28,296 bases of DNA from Candidatus Woesearchaeota archaeon (GCA_964359695.1 CAYHUV010000002.1:1-28296), one strand, 5' to 3'. Positions 17,373 to 26,381 are shown, numbered from the stretch's first letter. Numbers and translations: made by a program. Notes: a model not told the origin generated them from the letters alone.

Positions 17373-18212
17373 ATGATTATTCGAGCATTACTACCAAAAC
17401 TTATACCCAAAACTGTTAAGGAGAAAGTCATAGTTCTTCTTGCTTCAGAGTTCCCTTTAACTGTAAAAGATTTGAAGCTTAAGATTAAATCAAACTTCAA
17501 TGAATCTGTTTCATATCAATCAGTACATAAAGAGCTCAATCATCTTATAACTGATGAAATTATCATTTGTGATAATAAAAAATATCTTCTTAATATTGAA
17601 TGGATTAAACAGGTAGGCCTTTTTTCAGATCTGATTTTATCAAACTATACCTCACAAAAGAAACATTCTATAAATAAATTGTTAGAATTAAAGAATGATG
17701 GAGATTCTTTTTCTTTTGACTTTGAATCATATGCACAATTAGACAATTATTTTTTAGAGTTAATAGATTATTTTAATGAATTTTTTGAGAAAGATAAGAC
17801 TATACTTATGCACTATTCACATAATTGGTGGCCATTAATGTATCCATTAAAAGAAAAAGAAGTTGTTTCTAAACTTAAATCAGGAATTTATGGTGTCTGT
17901 GGTGCAAATTCAAATATTGATAAATACTGTTCTAATTTTGAAAAGAGTATAGGAATAAAAACATTTTATTCAAATAATCCTAATTTACATTGGCATTTGA
18001 ATGTTATGGGAGATCTCATTTTTAGTTTTTATGGTGATGATAATATTAATAAAGACATAAATAATTTTTTTATTAAGTATAAAGATCTTAAGAGTCTAGA
18101 TTTAAAGGGATTAACAGATATTTTACAAAAAAAAGGAAAATTTAGAGTTCTTGTGGTGAAAGACTCACAATTTGCAAAAATTGTGTTAGAGGAGACTAAA
18201 CTATTCAACTAA
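17373..18212 (+). CDS. Putative transcriptional regulator: N-terminal winged HTH plus uncharacterised C-terminal domain
   Basis: VKEKVIVLLASEFPLTVKDL...VSYQSVHKELNHLITDEII....KKYLLNIEW is a typical wHTH pattern. Confidence 0.75.
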   Translation: MIIRALLPKLIPKTVKEKVIVLLASEFPLTVKDLKLKIKSNFNESVSYQSVHKELNHLITDEIIICDNKKYLLNIEWIKQVGLFSDLILSNYTSQKKHSINKLLELKNDGDSFSFDFESYAQLDNYFLELIDYFNEFFEKDKTILMHYSHNWWPLMYPLKEKEVVSKLKSGIYGVCGANSNIDKYCSNFEKSIGIKTFYSNNPNLHWHLNVMGDLIFSFYGDDNINKDINNFFIKYKDLKSLDLKGLTDILQKKGKFRVLVVKDSQFAKIVLEETKLFN

Positions 18213-18271
18213 AAGTTGTAGAACTGAAAACCATATCCTTTTTATAGGGTTGCCTTAATGAAAAATAAGTA

Positions 18272-19366
18272 ATGGTTATTATTATGAGGCCTAAGGAACA
18301 AATCAATCTTGCAATAATTGGAGATTCAGCATTAGATCTTTTTATAGAGGAATCACCAAGCCGTTTTACACGTTATAATCCTACTATGACTATTGATCAA
18401 ATTCTGGAGTACAATAGAAAAACGGATGGAGAAGAACCTAGAGGATCTGTTTACAAAAGACTTGGTGGGCCAGTACTTACTGTAGGACAATATCTTGCAG
18501 GAAGAGACCTGACAAGTCAATCTAGTACTCCTTTTAAAGTTTCAGCTGTGACCATTCTTGGAACAGATCCTTTTTCAGAGAGATATAAAGATGCACTACA
18601 AACCTTACAAATAGAACTTGATGAAGAAAGAACATCTCAAGGGACTATTGCTCGTTGTGCATATATTTATGCTCATGGAAATGTTACAAAACCAATCATA
18701 ATTTGGGAGGATGGTGTTAACAAACATTTTAAGGATATAAAAATAAATAAACATTTCCTTGCAAGACAAGATATACTTGTTCTCCCCATCACAGAACCTT
18801 CTGTAGGAAAAAGAGCTGCAGAAGACTATAGGTCTTTAAAACCAGAAGGAACTATTGTTTATAATCCTGGACCTTATTTACAAGATTCTCGATATGACTT
18901 TGAGAGTTCTGGATTTAAAGATATTATTGCACAAACAAATATGCTAGTTCTTAATCGTCCAGAAAGAATAATTCTTAAAGAAAGAATGAATTTGAGGAGT
19001 ATTCTTCAACTTTTTTCAAACTACCTCAATCTTGATGTTCTTATATCTACAAAAGATAAAGATGGTTCTATTATATTCTCAAGAGATCCAATAGATAAGC
19101 ATGCTATTTTACATTCTAGACAAAAACCAACAATAGAAAGGGAATCACTTATTGAAAATCCTACAGGTGCAGGTGATGCTTTTTTAGGGACATTTTTGCG
19201 ATATCACTTAGGAAGAGGCTATGATGTTAAAGATGCTCATGTAAAGGCAAAGCAAAATGCAGAAAGACAGCTTACACAAAAAGGGGCTACTGACCAAAGC
19301 ATTGTTACAAAAGGGGAAATACCTTCTTTTGATGAAGACTATGGAAGACTACTCATCGCAAAGTAA
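18272..19366 (+). CDS. PfkB/ribokinase-family carbohydrate or nucleoside kinase
   Basis: N-terminal IIGD...D, LGG, YNPG, LNRPE and the signature NPTGAGDAFLG. Confidence 0.85.
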   Translation: MVIIMRPKEQINLAIIGDSALDLFIEESPSRFTRYNPTMTIDQILEYNRKTDGEEPRGSVYKRLGGPVLTVGQYLAGRDLTSQSSTPFKVSAVTILGTDPFSERYKDALQTLQIELDEERTSQGTIARCAYIYAHGNVTKPIIIWEDGVNKHFKDIKINKHFLARQDILVLPITEPSVGKRAAEDYRSLKPEGTIVYNPGPYLQDSRYDFESSGFKDIIAQTNMLVLNRPERIILKERMNLRSILQLFSNYLNLDVLISTKDKDGSIIFSRDPIDKHAILHSRQKPTIERESLIENPTGAGDAFLGTFLRYHLGRGYDVKDAHVKAKQNAERQLTQKGATDQSIVTKGEIPSFDEDYGRLLIAK

Positions 19367-19398
19367 AGCCTTATAATAAAATACTTCTTTTAAAGACT

Positions 19399-20481
19399 AT
19401 GCAAAAATACATTTTTATCCTAGGAAGGGATCCGGAACTCTCTAGAAGAGAAGTTTTTTCTTATTTTGAAGCTAGAAGTATCAATTATGAGATTGTTGAT
19501 TCTTCAGATATTGCTTTAGTTCTCAACATAAATGATATCTCTCCGGAAAAAGTGATAAAAGATCTTGGAGGAACACAAAAAATTGCACAAGTTATAGAAT
19601 CCATAGATAGTTTGTATATGGGAACAAAAAATAAAGTTCGTTATGCGATCTCACAATATGGAGAAGAGACTAAAGAAGAAGATTATCTCTGGTTAGAATT
19701 AAAAGCTTATTTCAAAAAAGAGAAAATCAAAGCTACTATTAAAAAATCACACAGAGAACAACAAGACTATCTTGATCCATCTGAAGCACAAAATGTTATA
19801 GAGATAATTCAATATAAAAATTATAGGGCTAAAACTGTAGCAGTTTTCAATCCTAAAGACTACAAATTTAGAGATACAAAAAGGCCTGCACAAAGGCCAT
19901 TACATACTGTTTCTATACGCCTTGCAAAGATTTTGATTAATTTATCTGGAGCAAAACCAAGAGATACTTTACTTGATCCTTTTTGTGGTATAGGGACAGT
20001 GTTACAAGAAGCATTACTTATGCATATGGAAGTTATTGGTGTTGATAAAGATAAATTTTGTATTGAAGCAAGTAAACAAAATATTGATTGGGTAAGAAAA
20101 CAGTATAATTGCTCTGAGAGTTATAGACTCATTCATTCTGATTCACGACAATTGTGCCAGTATCTTACATCTGTTGATTGTGTGGCTACTGAACCTTACT
20201 TGGGCCCTTTTTTAAAGAAATATCCGACAGAAACAGAAGCACGAAGGATTATTCAGGAGTTACTCCCTCTTTATCAAGAAGTACTCTTTCATCTCTTGAA
20301 AATAACAAAGAAAAAGATTGTCTTTATTACTCCAAGATTTAGAACGACTGCAAAGAAAGATGCGCCTATCAATCTTGCCCCTTTCTTAGAAAAAAAAGGA
20401 ATTAGCTTTGAAGGCCCTTTTCTCTATGCTTCTCCTACTTCTAGAATACTTAGGGAGATTTGGATTATTAAGCAAAAATGA
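19399..20481 (+). CDS. Trm11/TrmG10-like tRNA methyltransferase (THUMP-like plus Rossmann)
   Basis: RLAKILINLS...LLDPFCGIGTVLQEA...GVD; motif IV appears as ATEPYLG. Confidence 0.8.
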   Translation: MQKYIFILGRDPELSRREVFSYFEARSINYEIVDSSDIALVLNINDISPEKVIKDLGGTQKIAQVIESIDSLYMGTKNKVRYAISQYGEETKEEDYLWLELKAYFKKEKIKATIKKSHREQQDYLDPSEAQNVIEIIQYKNYRAKTVAVFNPKDYKFRDTKRPAQRPLHTVSIRLAKILINLSGAKPRDTLLDPFCGIGTVLQEALLMHMEVIGVDKDKFCIEASKQNIDWVRKQYNCSESYRLIHSDSRQLCQYLTSVDCVATEPYLGPFLKKYPTETEARRIIQELLPLYQEVLFHLLKITKKKIVFITPRFRTTAKKDAPINLAPFLEKKGISFEGPFLYASPTSRILREIWIIKQK

Positions 20482-21344
20482 GCCTAGAAAATGAAAAATA
20501 TCTAAACTGTACTATGCAAATTGCAAAGCAAGCAGGGAAAAAGATTCTAGAGATTTATAATTCAGAGCAAGATAGGGACATTTTTATCAAGGGAGAAGAT
20601 GGGCCAGTAACTAAAGCCGATCATGCATCAAATGTACATATTTGCAAAGAGTTGCACAAACATTTCCCTAGTTTTGGTATTTTAACTGAAGAACAACTTA
20701 AAGAACAAGAATTTTCTGCTGAAGAATTCAATGCACTGCAAGAAAAAACAAAAAATTGGAGGGATTATGAAGATCTTTGGATGATTGATCCTTTGGATGG
20801 AACAAAAGATTTTATTGATGGTTCTGGAACATTTGGTATTCATATTGCACATCTCCATAAAGATACTCCTGTTCTAGGAGTCAATTATTATCCTGTAGAT
20901 GATGTTTTTTATGTTGGAATGAAAGGAAAAGGTGCATGGAAAGTCAAAGATGGAAAATGGGAGCAATTGCATGTTTCCAAAAAAGCAAAGATGCAGGATC
21001 TTGGCCTTGTAGGAAGCAAATATCGCCCAAATGAGAAGGAAGATGCAATACTCAAAGCCTGTGGTTTAGGAGAACCATTGCGTCTAGGCCCAACTGGTCT
21101 AAAAATCTGCCTTGTTGCAAGTTCTGTAAAAGATGTATATATTGTTTTTAGCCCAAAACAAAGTCTTTGGGATACCTGTTCTTCTGAGATTATTCTTCAG
21201 GAAGCTGGTGGAGAAATAACTTATTTTGATGGAACAAAAATTGACTACAGACAAAGTTCTGGGACGAAAATCCTTAATGGTTTTTTAGTTTCAAATGGAA
21301 GAGTACATACACAGATTTTAGACAAACTAAAGCAGGTTTTGTAG
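20478..21344 (+). CDS. cysQ: 3'(2'),5'-bisphosphate nucleotidase / inositol monophosphatase family
   Basis: PVTKAD, LTEE, WMIDPLDGTKDF and WDTCSSEIILQEAGG. Confidence 0.88.
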   Translation: MSLENEKYLNCTMQIAKQAGKKILEIYNSEQDRDIFIKGEDGPVTKADHASNVHICKELHKHFPSFGILTEEQLKEQEFSAEEFNALQEKTKNWRDYEDLWMIDPLDGTKDFIDGSGTFGIHIAHLHKDTPVLGVNYYPVDDVFYVGMKGKGAWKVKDGKWEQLHVSKKAKMQDLGLVGSKYRPNEKEDAILKACGLGEPLRLGPTGLKICLVASSVKDVYIVFSPKQSLWDTCSSEIILQEAGGEITYFDGTKIDYRQSSGTKILNGFLVSNGRVHTQILDKLKQVL

Positions 21345-21386
21345 AGAACAAAACCTTTATATACCTCAACTAAATAATATATCACT

Positions 21387-21575
21387 ATGGGAAGAATCAA
21401 AACAACCATGATCAAACGTGTTGGTAATAAGTTAGTAGCCCTGAATAGATCTAGCTTCAAAAAAACATTTGAAGAGAATAAACCGCTTGTCCCAAAGTTC
21501 GTTGAAGTACCTTCTAAGAAATTACGAAACGTTCTCACAGGTTATATTACTAGGTTAATGAATAAAGAAGAGTAA
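21387..21575 (+). CDS. rps17e: 30S ribosomal protein S17e
   Basis: MGRIKTTMIKR...FEENK...SKKLRNVLTGYITR. Confidence 0.96.
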   Translation: MGRIKTTMIKRVGNKLVALNRSSFKKTFEENKPLVPKFVEVPSKKLRNVLTGYITRLMNKEE

Positions 21576-21644
21576 ATATAGAAGAAGGCCCTATAAGGGT
21601 TTTAACCTAGAGAAATATATTAGTGATTTATGGAGGGCAAAGCA

Positions 21645-21975
21645 ATGGATGAAGAAAAAAAAGAAAAAACTAAAGACAATGTTGTGTTCATAGGGGAAAA
21701 ACCTTTTATGAAATCCTAGAAGTTTCGGCTTTTAGAACATCAGTTATGTAACCGCCGTTGTCATGCAGTTTACAACTTTAGGAGCTCCAGAGGTAGTGAT
21801 TAAAGCGCGAGGAAAGTTTATTGCGAAAGCTGTTGATATTGCAGAAGTTGCTATGAAACGATTCTTAGAAAATCAAGTTAAATCAGATAATATTCTTATT
21901 GATAGTGAGGAATTCACTAATAAAGATGGTAGGCAAGTAAGAGTTTCAAGTATTGAGATTTATTTAAAGAGATAA
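21645..21975 (+). CDS. albA: DNA/RNA-binding protein Alba, split as join(21645..21712,21744..21975), 99 aa after removal of a 31-nt insertion
   Basis: GGAGG RBS at 21632-36. Exon 1 reads MDEEKKEKTKDNVVFIGEKPFM, exon 2 reads (N)YVTAVVMQF...VIKARGKFIAKAVDIAE...VSSIEIYL. Joined, they give the complete Alba signature. Confidence 0.9.
21713..21743 (+). other. Candidate archaeal mRNA intron (BHB-like, UUCG hairpin) in alba
   Basis: 8-bp stem 21716-23/21728-35 with a TTCG loop; bulges AAA (21711-13) and AGT (21742-44); central TATG/CATC. The insertion has stops in both exon frames. Confidence 0.8.
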
Positions 21976-21977
21976 TA

Positions 21978-22373
21978 TCACTTATGTATAATATTTAATC
22001 TAGGACTGTATAAGAGACATTGCTCTGCAAATAATCTTCTGTGGCACTTTTCTGCAGTCTTTTCTATACATAATAGAGTTATATCTTTAATCAAAGCCTG
22101 TTCTGCAAGGATACGAACAGCTGCTGCTTTTATAGGTTCAGAAAGGAATACTTTATACATAAGTTCAAATTCTTCCCAGAGAATTCTTTTTTGGTAATAA
22201 CTCCCTATTAAATTTGAAGGTGGGGCAAATTCTTGTAACCATAGGTCATAAGATCTTTTTGTAATACGCAGATCAGGAGTAATTCCATCATTGAGAGTAT
22301 GCCTACTCATAATAGAAACGCGCACACCGTCAATTTGTTCTATTGGAAAAAGAATGCATTTTGTGTAAAGCAT
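21978..22373 (-). CDS. DUF488/YeaO-family protein
   Basis: DGVRVSIM...WLQEFAPP...WEEFELMY...ITLLCIE...CHRR. Confidence 0.8.
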   Translation of the reverse strand: MLYTKCILFPIEQIDGVRVSIMSRHTLNDGITPDLRITKRSYDLWLQEFAPPSNLIGSYYQKRILWEEFELMYKVFLSEPIKAAAVRILAEQALIKDITLLCIEKTAEKCHRRLFAEQCLLYSPRLNIIHK

Positions 22374-22445
22374 AAAAAGATTATTTTCTTCACCTTTATA
22401 AAAATTTAGAAAAAGTTTATAAACTTTTCACCATATGGATGACAT

Positions 22446-24146
22446 ATGTTAGAGGCGATACAGAATCTTCCACAGAGTTTGCTCTTTTCTTTAGGGATTA
22501 TTCTTATTGCAGCAGCATTTTTTGCCTACCTTGCGAAGCTATTTAAACAACCGCTTATTCCTGCATATATTATTGCTGGGCTTGTACTTGGGCCGGTAGG
22601 ATTGAAGCTTATTCAAGATGTTGAGCTTATACATAGTATTTCTGAAATAGGAATTATCTTTTTACTTTTCATCGTTGGACTTGAGATGGATTTGAAGAAG
22701 CTCAAAACTGTAGGTGCGACAACTATAATTACAGGTGTATTGCAGGTTATTCTTACATTCTTTGCAGGATTCTTTGTTGCACTTTTATTAGGTTTTGATA
22801 CTATTAATTCGGTCTATGCAGGATTGATTATTGCTTTTAGTAGCACAATGATTGTGATTAAATTACTCTTCGATGAGGATGAGCTTAATACTCTACACGG
22901 AAGGATTATTTTAGGTATTTTATTTATTCAGGATATTCTTGTGATTATTGCATTGACAGTTCTTGTAGGATCAGGAAGCTTTACTTTTATGAACTTGCTT
23001 TCTACACTTGAAAAATTTGCTATACTCATATTGGGAGCATATATTCTTAATAGATTTATTGTGTATCGATTGTTTAAGTTTGCTGCAAAATCCAGTGAAT
23101 TACTCTTTTTATTATCAGTTGCTGTTTGTTTTTTCTTTGCGTTAGGGGCATATCTTCTAAACTTTTCTATTGCTATAGGTGCATTTCTAGGAGGTATTAC
23201 TCTTGCGAATCTTCCTTATAACTTGAATATTATTGCACGAATAAATTCTCTTAAAGATTTTTTTGCGACTATTTTCTTTGTGTCTCTAGGTTTGCAATTA
23301 GTTTTTTTAAATCTTGCAAGTATTATTCTTCCTTTCTTTGCGTTATTATTATTAGTTATTATCCTTAAACCGCTTATTGTTATGGTCATTCTTTCTCTAT
23401 TAGGATATGATAAACGAAATGCTTTTGTCTCTTCAGTTGCGCTTGCACAAATTAGTGAGTTTGCACTTATCCTTGTACTTTCTGTTAATACTATTTCGTC
23501 AGAACTTTTTTCTATAACTATTCTCTTAGGAGTTATTAGCATTGCTCTTACTGCTTATATTATGAAATATGAACTTTTAGTGTACAATAAAATTACTCAT
23601 TTCCTAAGCTTGTTCGAGAAACTTTCTAAAAATACTAGACAAATGGTGCATATAGAAAAAGATCATCCAGAATTAATCCTTTTTGGAGCTAATAGAGTTG
23701 GTGGAACATTCCTTAATAGTTATCATCATAATAAAAAGAAAACCCTTGTAATTGATTTTAATCCGGAAATCATTGATATGCTTAAAGGGCAAAATACTCC
23801 TTGTATGTATGGAGATATTACTAATATTGAAATTTTAAAACGTATCAACTTTAAGTCTGCAAAAGTGGTTATTTCTACTGTCTCTAGGATACAAGAAAAT
23901 CTTTTCCTTATGGATTATGTAAGAAATGTGCGTTCTGAAGCATTGGTTATTCTTACTGCAAATGATGTTGATGAAGCTCTTGAATTGTATGATGCTGGAG
24001 CTGATTATGTGCTAGTCCCTTCTATCAAGTCAGGAGAGATTTTTTCTGGATTGTTAGAAAGATATTTTGGAGATAAAAAAGGATTAGAAAAGATTAAGAG
24101 AAAACAGATTTTTATGTTAAAAGAAAATCTTAAACAAAAATATTAA
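22446..24146 (+). CDS. CPA2-family cation:proton antiporter (Kef-like) with C-terminal RCK/TrkA-N domain
   Basis: About 13 TM helices; GIIFLLFIVGLE, SST, ILFIQD and ALAQISEF; C-terminal FGANRVG...IDFNP...YGD...AGADYV. Confidence 0.92.
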   Translation: MLEAIQNLPQSLLFSLGIILIAAAFFAYLAKLFKQPLIPAYIIAGLVLGPVGLKLIQDVELIHSISEIGIIFLLFIVGLEMDLKKLKTVGATTIITGVLQVILTFFAGFFVALLLGFDTINSVYAGLIIAFSSTMIVIKLLFDEDELNTLHGRIILGILFIQDILVIIALTVLVGSGSFTFMNLLSTLEKFAILILGAYILNRFIVYRLFKFAAKSSELLFLLSVAVCFFFALGAYLLNFSIAIGAFLGGITLANLPYNLNIIARINSLKDFFATIFFVSLGLQLVFLNLASIILPFFALLLLVIILKPLIVMVILSLLGYDKRNAFVSSVALAQISEFALILVLSVNTISSELFSITILLGVISIALTAYIMKYELLVYNKITHFLSLFEKLSKNTRQMVHIEKDHPELILFGANRVGGTFLNSYHHNKKKTLVIDFNPEIIDMLKGQNTPCMYGDITNIEILKRINFKSAKVVISTVSRIQENLFLMDYVRNVRSEALVILTANDVDEALELYDAGADYVLVPSIKSGEIFSGLLERYFGDKKGLEKIKRKQIFMLKENLKQKY

Positions 24147-24628
24147 TCTTTTTCCATACCTAATCTTTCAATAAGGCATTGTCTTGAGATAGGTTCTTGT
24201 AATTTAAAATATTCTGAAAAATGACTGAAGTTATAGTCATTATGTGTTTTTAAAAATCTTGAAAGAAAATTTTCTGCTATACGCAGCTGAATAACTTCTT
24301 CTGCAATTCCTATAATTTTTTCAGTATCTTTTATTTCACTTGGAATTCTAAGGTAAAAACGTTGAGAAGGATCATAGCCTGGATGTAATTGATCTATACC
24401 TCTACAAAGTTTTCCTCCTCTTTCAATTTCTCCTCTTGCAAAAGCAAATGAAGCCTGTACAAACATAAAATCTGCAGTGATATAAGTTCCATTATTTGGG
24501 GATTCTCTTACTGCATTTAATGACCTCTCTAAATCCTCAAGAATTATATGATCCCTAAAATCTCCCCATGTTACTTTTGCTTTAGATACATAAGAAAGGA
24601 TTATTTCATTTACATACATAGAATTCAA
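24143..24628 (-). CDS. Hypothetical protein (about 160 aa)
   Basis: Fills the gap downstream of udk; no motif recognised; start uncertain (24628 or 24619). Confidence 0.6.
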   Translation of the reverse strand: MNSMYVNEIILSYVSKAKVTWGDFRDHIILEDLERSLNAVRESPNNGTYITADFMFVQASFAFARGEIERGGKLCRGIDQLHPGYDPSQRFYLRIPSEIKDTEKIIGIAEEVIQLRIAENFLSRFLKTHNDYNFSHFSEYFKLQEPISRQCLIERLGMEKD

Positions 24629-24649
24629 AAATTTTATATCTTATTTAAA

Positions 24650-25282
24650 TTATTCGTTTAGTACAACAAGGTCTGCATATTCCTTTGTAGGAGCAATATG
24701 TTCTTGATACATAGGCTCTGCATATCTTTCCCAATAGCCTCTAATTTTGTCTCTTACTGTATTTTCTCCTTCTTCTCCAATCATTCTTCTTCCTTCTGCA
24801 ATATCTCTATGGATTCTTCTTGCTAAGCGACAAGGTGTTGAAGCATCGACAAATACACTGAAATCAAGGTGAGGTCTGAGATTTTCATGCAAAGCAAAAA
24901 GACCTTCTACTAATACCAAAGAAGCTGGAAGAACTGTTGTATATCTTACTCTCTGCGAGATTGCGAAACGATAATCTGGTCTTTGTATACTTTGCCCTTG
25001 ATGAAGCAAGACTAAATGTTTTTTTAAGAGAGAAAGTTCAAGACAGTTTGGATGGTCATAGTTTTTTCGATCAGGCATATCATCCTTTCCTAAGTAATAA
25101 TGATCAAGAGCAAGGTTAAGCATTAATGGGAAATGCTCTTCGAGATTCTTTGCCAGAGTTGATTTTCCTGAAGCAGAACCTCCTGCAAGACCTATAAGGA
25201 TAATTTTTCTTGAAGTGGAAATTTCTAGGAGTTCTTCTTCTATTGCTCCTATTGCTTGTTCAAATGGGATTATTCTTTGCAT
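24650..25282 (-). CDS. udk: Uridine kinase family protein
   Basis: IGLAGGSASGKST P-loop, LDHYY, NYDHP, VEGLF, RRIHRD and PTKEYADLV. Confidence 0.9.
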   Translation of the reverse strand: MQRIIPFEQAIGAIEEELLEISTSRKIILIGLAGGSASGKSTLAKNLEEHFPLMLNLALDHYYLGKDDMPDRKNYDHPNCLELSLLKKHLVLLHQGQSIQRPDYRFAISQRVRYTTVLPASLVLVEGLFALHENLRPHLDFSVFVDASTPCRLARRIHRDIAEGRRMIGEEGENTVRDKIRGYWERYAEPMYQEHIAPTKEYADLVVLNE

Positions 25283-25317
25283 ACGCCTAAAAATTTTTTA
25301 CTATTATATTAAAGTTA

Positions 25318-25391
25318 TGGCACAGGTGGGATTTGAACCCACAACCCCGAGCTCATGAGACTCGTATTCCACCAGATTAAACTACTGTGCC
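25318..25391 (-). tRNA. tRNA with CAU anticodon (elongator Met or Ile2; not initiator-type)
   Basis: GGCACAG/CTGTGCC+A acceptor; anticodon arm CGAGT-CTCATGA-GCTCG; T arm GTGGG-TTCAAAT-CCCAC; 74 nt; no CCA. Confidence 0.92.
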
Positions 25392-25415
25392 AATAACTTA
25401 AAAGTTCTCTTGGGT

Positions 25416-25423
25416 TTTATAAA
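25416..25423 (-). promoter_or_regulatory. TATA box of the CAU tRNA
   Basis: TTTATAAA 25-32 nt upstream of the mature 5' end, preceded by GAAAACC. Confidence 0.55.
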
Positions 25424-25484
25424 GGTTTTCACAAGTTTTATTAACTACACATTAGTTTGTTTTTCAATAATTTGGAGGTCTAAA

Positions 25485-25865
25485 ATGACAAAACAAAATT
25501 TAAGACAGAGTATAATAGCTCTTGGTTTGACAACAGTTTTAAATGGCTGTGCAGAGACTTGGAATCAAGCAGACAATCAAGGTGGATTATTTATTTCTAC
25601 AACTGCAGATTATATTATTAGAAATGATTCTGGTGGGGTAATAATGGATGTATGGAAATTAAGAAATGTTATTGTTTCTTCAGCTACACAGTCAGATGGT
25701 TGGATTTTCAAAGATGAATATGGAAATTCAATTAACTTAGGCGGAGACGTAAAAATGATTAGATTGAATTCTGAGAATAGTGACCTTTGGGACAGATATT
25801 GTGACTATCATGTAGAATCTGCTGGTGGAAAAACATATTTTGAAGTTTGCCCAAGCAAAGAATAA
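25485..25865 (+). CDS. Putative lipoprotein of unknown function (126 aa)
   Basis: GGAGGT RBS before ATG 25485. Basic N-terminus, hydrophobic core and lipobox-like LNG-C. Confidence 0.8.
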   Translation: MTKQNLRQSIIALGLTTVLNGCAETWNQADNQGGLFISTTADYIIRNDSGGVIMDVWKLRNVIVSSATQSDGWIFKDEYGNSINLGGDVKMIRLNSENSDLWDRYCDYHVESAGGKTYFEVCPSKE

Positions 25866-25970
25866 TATTTTTTTTATCCTTTTTAATTTCATCCATATAT
25901 TCAAACTGGATCCTTCTCCACTAATCTAAATGTAGCCATCTCCATTCTGTCGTATAGCAAATTAGAAAAA

Positions 25971-26381
25971 TTAGTCCTTTAAAAGGCTTTGTATAACCTT
26001 CTGCACTTTGTCGAGATCAGGATCATGTGCACTTCTCCATACACCAATGTGCAAACCATCACCAGGTCTTCTAGGGATTATATGCATATGGACATGAGGC
26101 ACAAGTTGACCAGCATCCTTACCATTATTTTGAAGAATATTTACTGCATCAGTGTATTTCATCAATCCTTTTGCTACTTTTTGTACACTTTGCATAAAAG
26201 AAAGATATTCCCTTTCTGGCATCTGTGTTAATAGTTCATAATGTTCTTTAGAAACTACCAGAGTATGTCCTCGTGAAGCTGGATTAATATCTAAAAATGC
26301 AAGTACATATGCATCCTCATAGACTTTTTGTGCAGGAATTTCACCGGATAAAACTTTACAAAAGATACAACTAGAGTTCAT
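25971..26381 (-). CDS. HIT-family nucleotide hydrolase
   Basis: CIFCK, AFLDINP...GHTLV and the histidine triad HVHMHIIPR. Confidence 0.95.
   Translation of the reverse strand: MNSSCIFCKVLSGEIPAQKVYEDAYVLAFLDINPASRGHTLVVSKEHYELLTQMPEREYLSFMQSVQKVAKGLMKYTDAVNILQNNGKDAGQLVPHVHMHIIPRRPGDGLHIGVWRSAHDPDLDKVQKVIQSLLKD

Noticed and set aside
21713-21743. Spliceosomal-type intron (insertion ends in CAG) or programmed frameshift in alba
   Set aside because: There is no 5' GT and the organism is archaeal. The insertion has stops in both the exon-1 and exon-2 frames, so a single frameshift or readthrough cannot yield Alba.
21763-21975. 70-aa Alba starting at ATG 21763 as given by the ORF track
   Set aside because: It lacks the conserved N-terminal strand and helix (VFIGxKPxMNYV), which are encoded upstream behind a good RBS.
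25300-25970. Integrated mobile element at the CAU tRNA
   Set aside because: No duplicated tRNA end (att site), integrase or composition shift is visible.
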